The notes under the pieces: generated by a model
What the model was told of the DNA's origin: nothing
Databases searched by the model: none
What the model saw: the letters and a program-made list of their open reading frames with translations, nothing else
Source: Marsupella aquatica
Lineage: Eukaryota > Plantae > Marchantiophyta
NCBI GenBank assembly: GCA_973895155.1
Contig: OZ316899.1
Location: 2,379,573-2,443,572 of the forward strand
Direction: 5' to 3'
DNA length: 64,000 nt
Program-made: the position numbers and the translations under genes
In this document: positions 1 through 11,570 of the stretch, one piece after another
Numbering within the stretch: position 1 is the first letter of the stretch
Layout of the letters: each line of letters begins with the position of its first letter

Positions 1-1856
1 GTGCGTGCTCGGAAGAACTTTGTCGCGGGGATTAACACTAAAAGAAAGAAGCACTTACACATACACTTTTTATTAGTTAAACCAGTTTGGAGAGATCAGG
101 AACGACACATTAACGTATGAGGTAGAGGAGGAATTTTTTGCATAGTACTATAGCACGGGAGCTGCGACGCTATTTACCTTGTGAGACAGATCATATATGG
201 ACGCAGGAGCTGCTCGGTGTTTCTTGGGATTGCAAGTGTGCAATCTCACTTTGCGGATTTTTTACTTTGATTGCTCAAGGGCTAAGAATTTTTGAAGTAG
301 AGAAGGACAAAATAAGTGGGCTGAGGATGGATTGAGGTGAGATTGGAGGGAAGAGGAACGGGAACCGGGGAGTCATATGGTTGGACCTCACGGAGGAGAG
401 GATAGAAGGACTATGATGGAGAATGGGATGTTTGGCTAAACATAAATTGCATTTGGAGAATTGAGGAAGAAACGGAAGTAGAGCGAGAAGAAGAGGGAGC
501 AGGAAGTGAGGATCAAGAGTGGGCTCAAAGGATAGCAGGAGATTGTGAATGTGTCAGTGAGAAGGGAAGGTTGAGGTCACTCGGCCTTTGGTTTGGAAAC
601 ACGGGATCTGTTGCAAAGCAGGAAGCTGTTTGGAGACCGGACATGCAAGCTAGCAAAAGGCAGGAAGGGGACAAAGGAGAGAGGACAAGTAACGTGCTAA
701 TGCAAGGGGGAGAAGTAAGGTTGGAAGACGTGAATAAGGGGATTGGAGGGACTATTAACATTGCTGCTGCGTGGAGTGAGGATGGCTCGATTGAGCTATG
801 GGACTCTTCGCTACTGATTGTAGATTCACAGATGGAGGAGACTAGAGTGATAGTCATTGCCACACCACGGCGCCGTAAGGGGGGTAGTGTGAGCTTGGAA
901 ACCTCTTTGGGTGGGCAAATGCGGATTTAGTTACAGGGATCGGGGGCAGGGGGCTAAAGAGAATGATGGAAGGAATATTGAGGGTAGTGTCCTGGAATGT
1001 CTGTGGGCTCTGCGAACCAAATCGGAAAAATGTTGTGAAAAACTGGATTGCAGCTAGGAGGGAACGAATAGATGCATTGGCCCTGCAAGAAATTAAGGCG
1101 GATAAGTTCATACTTGATATGGCCATGAGAGTAATTCTGCCAATGTACCAATGTGTTGCATGGACACCTGAGGAAGGTTGGGGAGGCACGGCATTACTAA
1201 TACATCCGAATTACAGGCTGGTCACGTTCGGGGTGGTGGATAGGGGGCGAGCAGTATGGGCGATTGTAGAGTATCAGGACTGCAAATTTGGAATCCTGAG
1301 TGTTTACGCACCGAATTCTGCTTGCCTTAGAGCCATTTTGTGGCATGAGCTTAAAATGCATCTGCCTCAGGAAAACTGGATTGTATGCGGGGACTTTAAC
1401 ATGACCAAAATAAGGGAGGACTCCACTGGTGATTCGCCCATGATTAAGGGAAGAGAAGCAGAGTTTTGGCAATTTCTGAAAGTTAGATTCAATCTGGTGG
1501 ATACATTGCTAATCAAGGGCGAGGTACCAGGGGCGCGCTACACCTGGAGAAGGAGCAGGATGGGGTCTTTGGTCCAATCAAGATTGGATCGATTTTATCT
1601 TAGTGCAAACGGTGACTGGATTTATAAACTGGTTGATTTGGTGCTTGTTTCCTGGGCACATCTTTCACGTCCCAAGATGGATGGTGGACTGGGGCTCAAG
1701 GATTTCCGAAGTCACTTGGATGCGCTGTTATCAAAATGGTTTACCTGTGCAATGGATTACCCGAATACGGAATGGGCCAGAATGTTTGCAGAAAATCTTA
1801 ATCGGATTGGTTGGACTAACTATAAAGTGGTGCGGAGGAATGGATATACCTTCCGT
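1..1856 (+). mobile_element. L1-type LINE, 5' part (endonuclease, RT deleted, start of post-RT region)
   Basis: ORF 963-2012 has APE endonuclease motifs (SWNVCGL, LQEIK, VYAPN, GDFNM, SRLDRFY). It jumps directly to the post-RT motif VSWAHLSRPKMDGGLGL and is cut at 1856 by the DNA transposon. Confidence 0.9.
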
Positions 1857-1898
1857 CTTGGGGGGGTCACTTCCGCGGAAGTGACCCATCACGTGCGA
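1857..1898 (+). repeat. Left TIR (G7TCACT - 15 nt - CATCACGTGCGA)
   Basis: Both blocks match the reverse complement of 16754-16792 with identical 15-nt spacing. Contains the perfect 24-bp palindrome GGGTCACTTCCGCGGAAGTGACCC (1864-1887). Confidence 0.85.
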
Positions 1899-2629
1899 AG
1901 AAGTATAGGCCCTTTTAATTGGGTTGGGCGGAAGACTTCCAAAGATTTGTGGAAGAACAATAGGGGTTGTTTTATTATCTCGTCAACTTTTAAGAACTAT
2001 AGGCCCCCATAAATAGGGCTGCCTTCCATGGAAGGCATCCAGGTAAGTTAGGGGTTTTATGTATAACATTTTCATGCAACACGTGGCAGTTGCTAATTGG
2101 CACACATGGCACCTTCCAATTGCTACACCTGGATTCTCTAGGAAGTATGATGAACAATTGTCAATGAGTTTGGAGACTAAGTTTTGAAGTCGCCTTGCCC
2201 ATTTCAACATTCCAATTTTTGAGACTAGCAAGACACAATTATGTAGTACCCTTACTAATATCATACTATATCATACTAGGTTTAAATTGTTTTGGGGGCA
2301 GGGGAGGAGGGGGAGTGTATTGGTTTAGCCCCAATTTGAAACGAGTATAGTTTGAAATTTGGCAAGGGGTGGTTTGGGGGGTTTTGACACGGTTATTAGC
2401 AGCCGTTGGATCTCTAGGGTTTTTGGATCCAACGCACTACAATGCCTTGGGTAAGGGTGGCCGTCATAGTAAGGATTGAGGAGGGGGGCGATTGAGCTTG
2501 CGCAGGGAGGAGGGGGTCCATTGAGCTTGCGCGGGAGGAGGCCACACTCTAGCTTTTCCTGCTTCTGAGCTTGGGCGAGAGGAGGAAAGCATTTCGATGC
2601 TCGGGCGAGACTGAGGAGGAAAGTTGATT

Positions 2630-3130
2630 GATGATGCTGTTGCTCACCATCTCCAATTGCTATTGCTGCTGCTCACCATTGTTGTTGCTACTACGAGACC
2701 ATTGTCGTTGTTGTTGCTGCTGCTGTTGCTCACCATCTCCAATTGCTATTGTTGCTGCTCACCATTGTTGTTGCTACTACGAGACCATTGTCGTTGTTGC
2801 TGCTCGCCATCTCCTTCTGCTATTGCCACCATCGCACATTTATGCTTGTCGGGTGGCCTTGTGAGTGCTGCTCGCCATCTCCTTTTGCTACTGCCACCAT
2901 CGCACATTGTTGCTCACCACCGCCTTGTGAGTGTTGCTCGCCATTGTTGTTGCTGCTACTTGCCATCTCCTTTTGCTACTACCACCATCGCACATTGCTG
3001 CTCGCCACCGCCTTGTGAGTGCTACTCACTGCCACCAGGTTGCTTGCCGCTACTGTTGAGTTTATGTCCACCATTGCTTCTCGTTGTTGCCATCGCCACT
3101 GAGTTGTAGCTCGCCATTGAGTTGCAGCTC
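2630..3130. repeat. Degenerate TTG/CTG-rich tandem repeat region
   Basis: An ~87-bp duplication (gctgttgctcaccatctccaattgctattg...) and repeated ccttgtgagtgctgctcgcca units. Confidence 0.75.
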
Positions 3131-4532
3131 GCCATCAAAAGGTATGAATGAGTGTTGCGGTTGGCCATCCCTCACCTTGTATGCTTTGCGCTGGCTATCC
3201 TTCATCTCTTCAGCTCTGCTTTGCACTGTGCAGGGAGTCCATATCGGGACACTGCCAATCAATCAGCTGCCCTCCGGTCCGTGTCGGTCATTTTTCATAT
3301 TTGTAGTGTTTTTGCACTCACGTCCTCTCCTCTCTCTTTCCCCCCTACAGCTTTTAACGACAACATAGGGTTTGATTTCACCACCATTCGATTCCGGCCA
3401 TTCTCAGTAAAGGCTCCCGCTAGAACTAGTAACCGTTCAATCTCCCCTTCGTTCTTGTTTCTTTTGTACTTATTGGTTGAATCCTTTGTCGGCGCATTTC
3501 ACCCCTTTGTAGGACAACAGTCTATAGTCTTAAACTCAATACGAGTTTCTTTAGTTCTCTCAAGACTGGGCATTCTCTTTTGTTTTGTTTCTATTCTGGA
3601 ATGACCTCTCTCTTTCTTGCATGCGCTGACTGTCTGTCTATGTAGTCTCTACCACAGCAGTGACGAAGTTGCCTGTTGCTATTTTGCTGCATGCATAATC
3701 ACTGCTAGAATGCTTTGCTTTGTAATGTGCTCCAGCATTGTTGCCTTAATGCTTGTTGCTCTAAGATTCATTCTCGCCAAATTTTTCATCCGAGCCTTGC
3801 TGTGGAATGTCTGTGCATCCTGCTTTTGTCAAACTATCAATGATTTGATTTTGTGTCTATGTCAAAAGCAATTAGATTGAAATGTCAAATTGTATTCCCT
3901 TCCCGGTTGTTGCTTCTGAACTTTGGTCGCTTGTCTTCTATTACATAGACCGCCTTGAAATCGGCAGGTTGGCTTCAGAACAGTAGTTCGTTTGCAGCAA
4001 TTGAAAAGCTTTGAAGGAGGTGGATCAACTGTGGCATTTTTGAGTGTTGTTACTACCAAATTCCACTGCGAGGTAGGTATTTGGTAATTTATTTGGACAG
4101 CAAAATAGTAACTTGTTTGCTGTTAAGTAGAATGAGTTCACTTCAGTTTATTGAAACATATGAACATTGAGTTTGTTCCCATTTCTGTGTCATGCAGGTA
4201 CTGTGTGGTTGACCTTGGTACCATCTGCTTAGTTCAATATCTTCAGTAGGTTTGAAGTCTTGGCAAAGTGCATCCAGAAGCATAGGTATATTGAATAGAA
4301 CTGCATCCCAATTTGGTGGATTCAAATGTCCGTATGATTGTTAGGTTTTGCTTAAATTTGTGATGAACATTCAATCTGTTTCAGTGAACATGTTTATCCT
4401 TCCTTGCTTTAGTCTTATGTCTCTTTTGTGTTTGACGTGTGCAGAGACTTACGGTTGTAGTACCCACCTACTTGGAGTGCCCACGTAAGCTCCACTCTAT
4501 TACAGACATCCATAGTGACAGTTTAGCATTTA

Positions 4533-4991
4533 GTGATGGGTTGTAGGCTTGAGACTACAGCCAAGCCTAGTATAGTCTCAAAGCCAATTTTCCGGGATGT
4601 TAATGCCATCTTAGTTCCAGGTGGATTTTCCAGAGCTCATTTTGAAGTGTTTCGCACAAAGCTTAAGGAACGCCAGGGTGGCCAATCCGAGGACCTAACC
4701 AGTGACATCACTCACATTGTTGCTGGATCTTGGGCAGCAGTCATGTCCAAGTGGTCATGGTCTGAAGTGAATTGTCTAGTTCAAAAGCACACATTGAAAG
4801 TTGTGTCATTTGAATGGATGTGTGAATCCCTTAAGGTAGGGTTCCGCTTGCAAGAAGACCTTTTCAACTTAATGTTGACAGAGACAGAGTCAAAAAAAGA
4901 TAATAGAAAGAGAGAAAGAGAGAAAATGAAACAGGATGAAGCAAATGCCAATTGGAGGAGTGTGAACTTGATCAGACGCAAATCGGTGTAG
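4533..4991 (+). CDS. BRCT-domain ORF or exon (resembles the DNA polymerase lambda-type N-terminal BRCT), transposon cargo
   Basis: FRTKLKERQGG...ITHIVA...VVSFEWMCESL...F has the BRCT pattern (G-G, THxV, WxxxS). Possible acceptor ttccag at 4615-4620. Confidence 0.7.
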   Translation: MMGCRLETTAKPSIVSKPIFRDVNAILVPGGFSRAHFEVFRTKLKERQGGQSEDLTSDITHIVAGSWAAVMSKWSWSEVNCLVQKHTLKVVSFEWMCESLKVGFRLQEDLFNLMLTETESKKDNRKREREKMKQDEANANWRSVNLIRRKSV

Positions 4992-5133
4992 CTTATTGTA
5001 TATGTGTCCCATGATGTTGAAGCACTTATAAAGAGGTCTTTGTCTGTTGCAAACTGTTGCAAAGATTTTCAAATGGTTGAGATAGTAACTTCACTTTCTT
5101 TTCTGCAGGGTCTATTGATATATTGCGGGAAGT

Positions 5134-5830
5134 GTGGAGGTTTTGTTGAGGCCCCTGTTGAGGTTGATCCTTGTCCCTTGTTTGTTGTGGCCTTGTCATT
5201 TTGTTAGAGTTCACAAGCACAATCTCAGTCTAGGTGCACTGAAGATGGTTGTGACTCGCAACGCACTCTCTCAGTACCATCAACAGAAGGGTGAGCGATT
5301 TTGTTTGAAGATGATTCACAGTGGGGTCGTGCCTGTAGACTGTGCTGTCACTTGGGGCTATCCAAGTGTGCCTCGCAACCATTATAGAAGGCTGAATACA
5401 TCCCCACCAGTCCCAAACAGTATCCGTCTAGTTAAACAGACAGTTGGGGTGCTGGATGAGGACTGTGTCTTCTTGGAGGCTTGTCTCCATTGTCACACCC
5501 AGACATGTGATCGTTGTAGGCGAGGTGACTCAAACAGAGTGCAAACTTTTGCACAATACATGGCAAGAATGGCATGGGGTGGTTGCCTAGCATGGAATAC
5601 TTGTCATTTCATCAATGATTGTGTCTGTGGTGGGACACGTCCAGGTTCTGCCCATGATAATGATGCACATTCAAGTTGCTGACTTGTAATTCTGCATTGC
5701 TCACATTGCAGGATGGATCAAAGGAGCCCACAGGGAAGTGATGCCCCTGGTGGAGGCTACTGGCTGTGATTGCTGGTGGACTGTTGCTCCTTTTGGTACA
5801 TCACATGCCTGCCCCTAATTTTTGAAGGTA
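5134..5830 (+). pseudogene. Cys/His-rich decayed ORF, possible zinc finger or PHD remnant
   Basis: CLHCHTQTCDRC, and a downstream VDCCSFWYITCL segment after stops. Confidence 0.35.
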
Positions 5831-6547
5831 ATTTTGCAGATCTTGTTCAGCATGGCACACATTGCTCGTCAGTTGTTGGATCCAAGATTTGGGCATAGGG
5901 AGCACCTTTGTATGGATCCCCCTTGTTGTTTTCAATGTGATGAGGGAGGAACTGTTTTGTTCTGTGATGGCCCTTGTGGTTGCCATTTTCATTATGTAGT
6001 TGATGGCCACAACCCCAATGAAGAAGATGGCCATGGACCTACATGTGAGCGCATTGTCATTTCCAGAGGACATGATTGGGCTGCAACTTGGCTTTGTGAC
6101 CTATGTCAGCAAAATAGAGGAAGATGTTTTGGTTGTGGACTTCTTGGCAGAACCTTGAGACCCAGCACAGACGAGCCCCTTGTGGTCCAGTGTTCTCATG
6201 ATGACTGCTACTCTTTTTACCATGTGGGCTGTCTCCAACTACTTCTGCATTTGGGGGAAATGCCTGTCACCCGCCATCCAGATAACCCTGATGCACATCC
6301 CGATGCTCTTATATGTCCACAACATTACTGTGAGGTCTGTAAGGAGTATTGGGAGGGCATTTGGGATTTTGTCCAATGTTGTAGATGCCCTCGTGCATGG
6401 TGTCGTGATGAAGGACCAACAGCAAACAGGCACTTGAGGAGAGGGGTGAGGGGCCGAGACACCTGGGACATTGGACAGTGGCGCATGATTTACTGTAATC
6501 GCCATGTCATTCCAGAGGGTTTTGATATCCCTAGTACCCATGACTAG
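5822..6547 (+). CDS. Tandem PHD-like fingers, EDM2/NSD-type, transposon cargo
   Basis: CFQCDEGGTVLFCDGPCGCHFH...WLCDLC...CFGCGLLG...VVQCSHDDCYSFYHVGC...ICPQHYCEVC...CCRCPRAW follows the Cys/His spacing of the plant EDM2 triple-PHD region. Confidence 0.8.
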   Translation: MKVILQILFSMAHIARQLLDPRFGHREHLCMDPPCCFQCDEGGTVLFCDGPCGCHFHYVVDGHNPNEEDGHGPTCERIVISRGHDWAATWLCDLCQQNRGRCFGCGLLGRTLRPSTDEPLVVQCSHDDCYSFYHVGCLQLLLHLGEMPVTRHPDNPDAHPDALICPQHYCEVCKEYWEGIWDFVQCCRCPRAWCRDEGPTANRHLRRGVRGRDTWDIGQWRMIYCNRHVIPEGFDIPSTHD

Positions 6548-6615
6548 ACACATCTTATAACTTTCACCTTTTTTGGAGTGGACCCATAAGACAACCTAAA
6601 TTATATGAACTTAAG

Positions 6616-9600
6616 TGTGGTGCGTCCCATGGCTCCCTAAACCCAAGAAACCCCCCAGCTCAAGCCGATTCCCGCGGGTTTCGTGCTTGGCGAGGCCGTT
6701 TCCGCGGCTTAGCGGCATGGGACGCTGCTAACCTTCTACTACTACTATTAACATTTTACACACATATACTGGACAGATCCTTCATCGGGTCATGAGATAC
6801 GTAGCCGGCCTAATATAGGCCTTCCCCTGTCTTCCCCTGTCTTCCCCTCCGTCTTGTTAGGTATGTTTGGATTCCGCCGCCGGAATGATCCCCAATAGGC
6901 TTGGTTAAGCCGCTAAGACCTCTCTCAGCTCGACACATCCAACTCTCACTCCCCTGCTTACTTTCCTTCTTTCTGTTGATGTGGGCACTCTTCACACAAG
7001 TTAATGCGACACACAAATAGCAAAATGACTCATTCTGACTGAGTCATACCATGCACTTGCCATACAAACAGTACATCTCATACACAAGTTCTGCGAACTA
7101 AGCCGTGAGGCCAACTCTATTCAGCTCTTAGGCATGAGGAAACATGAATATACACAAGGGTCACTGTATGACTAACCGAGAGCTTCTCGTACTACTTGAT
7201 CCCAGCCCGGCTGGTGCAAACTAAAAACTTGCTAAAGAAGAGGCCCTGAGCTCCCCGCTGCCCAGGTACTTATCCTGGTAGTGGATCCGCCATTCTTTGC
7301 ATCGTAAGCCTAATCTACTTAACAGTAATCTACTTGCCCGAATCTACCTATGTACAGCAAGGCAGGAGCACAAGTGTTGCTCCTACCAGTGGGACCGCAA
7401 TCCCACTAAGCTAAGTGTCAGGGCCGCTCCTGGTTCTGATCCTAATCCTAAACGTGGAGATCCGTGCCCGCCCTGCCCACTCACGCCTCCTCCCTCCACG
7501 TCCGCCCTCCCTAAAAGGAACGGCGCCCTTGCACCGTCACGACACCGGTGGTGGATCCTCAATGGACGCCCCCAACACTTCCTCCTCAGCCACTGCCGTT
7601 GGCCCGCCTACTGACAGATTACCTGCCCTTGACCGAGTCAACTCTCCCTCGGCCTGACTGGGTCCACCTTCGGCTTCAGCCTCGACACCGGCCTCGGCAA
7701 TACCCACGGCTTCGGCTTCAGCCACCCCCACGGCTTCGGCTTCAGCCACTCCCTCGGCTTCGGCCTCCCCTTCCCCTAGGGTAGTTGGATCCTTAGCTGT
7801 GACCCTGTCTGGGGTCGGTGCCGGGTCTACCTCCTTGATCACCACGGCCTGTGAAGTCGTATTACTCCTTGACCCTGAAGGTTTCCGCTTCTTCTTCGTT
7901 GGTGGCTCGGCAGCTGGTCCCTTCCCCTTCCCACTTACCTCCGGCACTGGTGCAGGTGGCGCGGCTTGTCCTTCGGCAATTACCACCCCTGGTAACTGGT
8001 TTGTCCCAACAGGAGATGGACCTGCTGCAGCTAAGCATTTAAATACTGCGGCTTGTTTCTTCAGCCGCTCTGTTTGGTTGTCGGCCCGCCGCTGTAGGTT
8101 CTCCATCTTCCTCGTGATTTCCTCCAACTCCTCTTGGGTTTCATCCAGGTCCTTACGTGCCCCCTCCAGCTCGTTTTTGGCCTCCTCCTGCTCCCTGTGG
8201 GCTTCCTCCAATTCCTTCTTCAAGGTAGCCTTCTCCTCCTGGGTTGCTCTTAGCTCCTTGTCGAGCTCTGCAATGATGACAGACTCCATCTGGTTCATCT
8301 TGGCGTAAGTCTGTTCGAGCATCTCGTCCTTCTCCCTTAGGTCGGCCTTGAAGCTGGCCGTCAGGGACGCAAGCTCCTGCTGCAGCGCCATAATCCCTTG
8401 ATAGGATTTCCCTAACTCGACCTCCTTCTACTCAAGGGCTCCGCGGATTTTCTCGAGCTCCCCTTTCAACGCCCATTCCTTTCTTTGGGTCTCCGCCATG
8501 GCCCGGCTGTTGGCTGTTATGTGGGCCTCCTCTGTATTCTTCAGCTCTTGCTTCCACTTTTCCCTTTCTTTGATCGTGTCGGCCAACTCTTCCTGCGTCT
8601 GAGTCAGTTTATCCTTGATATTCTGATTATCAGCCTGCGCGGCGTCCAACTGCCCCCGCATGATGTTCAGCTCATGTCGTTTAATCCGCAGTTCATCTTG
8701 GGCTTTCTTGGCCGCCCTTAGATCTTCAATCTCGGCTTCCATCCTCCTAAGCCGCCGAATGACCTCGTCCTTCTTGCTTCTCTCTAAAGCCACCGCTTCT
8801 TCTAATTGGTGCTTCTCCAACTGCTCCCTATGGAAAAAGGGTCCTACCTCCAACTCCTCTCCAAAGATGCCGAGCGCAAGTTCCCCACACATCTCACCAT
8901 ACTCCATGGCTCTATTCTTAGCGTAGGTGGAGTAAGTAGAAGTGATCGGCATCGCCCATCGTGGCCTCTGCTCCCAAGCCGTCCTGCGGATCTCTTCAAT
9001 CGTGGCTAGAGGTTTGCTTCCTTTTTCGGCTAGCCGCCTGATGTCCTCCGGCCAATCTCCTCCTGGTAAATCCTTTTCCTTAGCCAGGGCGGCCTCTTCC
9101 TCCTGCTTGATTCGCTCCTGAAATTCCTGCACCGTCTGTTTTATGCCGTCGAAGCTCGGGGGAGCAACATCTGGTGGGGGAGACTCAGGGCTACTCTGCT
9201 GGTTGGGGTCCCCTCGCACTACCCTTGGAAGTGTGGGGACAAACCGGCCACAGGTCCTTACTCCTGGAACGTGATGGTCCGACCCATAGCCGGAATTATC
9301 ATGGCTGCAGTCCTCCACTGCCTCCTCTACCTCTTGGATTTCCGGCTTCTCCCTCTCCTCTTCCTCGGTAGGAGCTTCAGGCAATTCTGCCTCAGATTCG
9401 GAGCTTGAGGTTCCCACGTACATTCGAACACCTGGCTTGGATTCCGGCCTGATTCTCTCGTCTCCAGCAAAGGGGTTTTCTCTTGTGAGCCGGTGTAGGC
9501 CTACCTCTGTAGTAGTGTCCTGCATGGTTGCCGTTGCCGTTGTTGTTGCCGATGCCGATTTCTTTTCTTTCTCCAGTAGTTTCAGCAGACTCTGCATGCC

Positions 9601-11272
9601 TGGTTGCTGCATTGGCAAGTCTTCCTTCCTGGGCCTAAACACCTGCTCGATCGTAGGACTAACAGGTGGTTGAGGCTTCTCAGCCAACGGCCTCGGCGTT
9701 GGAGCTTCCTCGGGTGCCCTTACCTGCAGGGGAAGTACCGGGGCAAAAGTCTGACCTCTGGCATACCGGCACAACAGCGGCATGTGATAGCCAAGCCGCG
9801 ACACGCTCCCCATGCCGATTACCTGCTGCTCCTCCTTTAAGATCTTCTTCAATTGGTTGAGGAGGTACCCGTTGTAGTCCCGGCTTGGGTCTGGCCTTTC
9901 TGCCAGATAGACCTGTGCCTTGCCGATCTCTGCCCTCGGCAAGTTACAATGCATGGTCACCCGCAAGAAGTCGATCATCTCTCCTATGTGCGGGTTGGTG
10001 CAGGTGTTCCGGAAGAAGCCATTCTTCGTTGATGGCCCGGGGAACGACCGGAACTCCTTGTCAGGCAAGGTCTTCCTGGTATCAACTTTGGTCTTATTGC
10101 CCATCGGCAAGCCAAACACTTCGGCAATCACCTTGGGAGTAAGATAGAAATCCTTCCCATATATCCTCGTGCAATTGGTCTCGGGTTCCCATGACCCCAC
10201 GAATTCTAATAGGTCTGACTCCGGTACCTCCGGCTTCAGCCATGGTAATCTTACAAAGGCCTCCAAGCCGGATCCGGCCATGAAGCCTTGGTACTTCTTG
10301 GTCTGCATGGCCGTAAAGCATGCATCCTCCTCCCGTGCAAAATGTAGTTGCACCTCCACCGGTAGGGTTGCCGCCCAGCCCTTCCAGGTGTCATCCCTGG
10401 TTGGAATGGCCTTGATGGGATCGACCTCCTCCTCTTCGGCTTCTCCCTGCCTCCTGCTCTGCTGCTCGGCTGGCTTCTTTGGTGCCGTCGACCTCGTTCT
10501 TTTTGCCGGGGTGGCTTCATCGTTGACGGCTCCCTTCCTCTTCATCTCTGCTGCCGTGGAGGTTTCTCCTAGCACCGTTGCCTGGGTCCACCTTTCCGTG
10601 CTACCCTTTAATTCCCAGTGTATGTCGTTGCAGTTCTTGATGGCCTCTCGGATGCCGACGACGCTGTCCTTGCAAAACAGAAGATCGTCGAGTTGATTGG
10701 AAGTAGGCGTCCACAGGAACTCGTCCTTGATGAGTTCGCCTCCTAAGAAAGCCGTCTTCTGCAGCTCCCACAATCGAGCGAGCTCCTGCCGTTCTCGAGC
10801 TGCCCTTTCTGACTCCTCGTCCTCGTAAGTCTTGATGTACTCAGTTGCCCGTTCGAACAGGCATCCCCAGAAATGTGCCGCTTGATTGACGTTGCTCATA
10901 CCCTCCTTAGGTTGATCGTCGGTATCTACTCTCTCCCCGAGTGCTTGCCTAAGCAGCTGACAGTAGTTGGCCTCCCGTAGTCGTCTGCCTAGTTCGTGCT
11001 CGCAAATGAGCCACCATCTCCTGCAAGCGCTCCTTACCCCTCTCCTCTGCCGGTCCTTCTTCCCGTTGATCCTTCCTAGCCGCCGACGCTTAACGCGCCC
11101 TAACCCTAATCGGGTTTTCACCCTCAGCCTTACCTCCGGCCTCTGCCCGGGTTCCATGGTTGCCCCTAATTGTTTATATTTTCCTTGTTTTGTCACTATA
11201 CTAAGGTGTTCCTAGGGTGCCTTCCTGCTTTACCCACTTAACCGGCCGAGTGATTCCTGTCTAGGCATCACA
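6616..11272 (-). mobile_element. Giant Gypsy solo LTR, family A copy 1 (4657 bp)
   Basis: TGTGG...TCACA ends. TSD TTAAG at 6611-6615 and 11273-11277. Colinear second copy at 30079-38759. No internal terminal repeats and no gag/pol. Confidence 0.88.
7537..11196 (-). CDS. LTR-encoded ~1200-aa protein (basic N-terminus, PMD/Transposase_32-like domain, long coiled coil) with one premature stop at 8428-8430
   Basis: ORFs 8428-11196 and 7537-8391 are in frame. Copy 2 reads GALEQKEAEL where this copy has GALE*KEVEL. Motif LLEFVGSWEPET...LTPKVIAEVFGLP. Confidence 0.8.
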
Positions 11273-11381
11273 TTAAGTATTTGGTTGAATGCTATGGACT
11301 TAAGTACTTGGTTGAATGATGTGGACTTAAGTATTTGGTTGAATGAAATGGACTTAAGTACTTGGTTAAATGAAAATGGAC
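11273..11381. repeat. 4 x 27-28 bp tandem repeat (TTAAGTAYTTGGTTRAATG...TGGAC)
   Basis: Units start at 11273, 11300, 11327 and 11354. Confidence 0.9.
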
Positions 11382-11570
11382 TGTAACAAAGTGGACTCAC
11401 TGAAGTGTTTTATTCACTCCAATGGATTGAGTTTAGAGTTGAGTGAATTATGCTAGTTGTGAATGGTTCAAACAAGTCCTGATCCTTTTCCATCTCTGTC
11501 CATTGTTGTATGACAGGTTCATCTACCTGATCCCTGTCCCTCACTTTCACAGCCTGTATAACTGTCCATC

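Noticed and set aside
2624-3604. Leu/Cys-rich ORFs as membrane or metal-binding proteins
   Set aside because: They are translations of TTG/CTG simple repeats in several frames.
7799-10696. Plus-strand ORFs within family A LTRs (also 35148-38180)
   Set aside because: Antisense shadows of the long GC-rich minus-strand ORF, with no independent motifs.
11273-11381. CRISPR-like array
   Set aside because: The units are head-to-tail with no unique spacers, there are no cas genes, and the context is eukaryotic.
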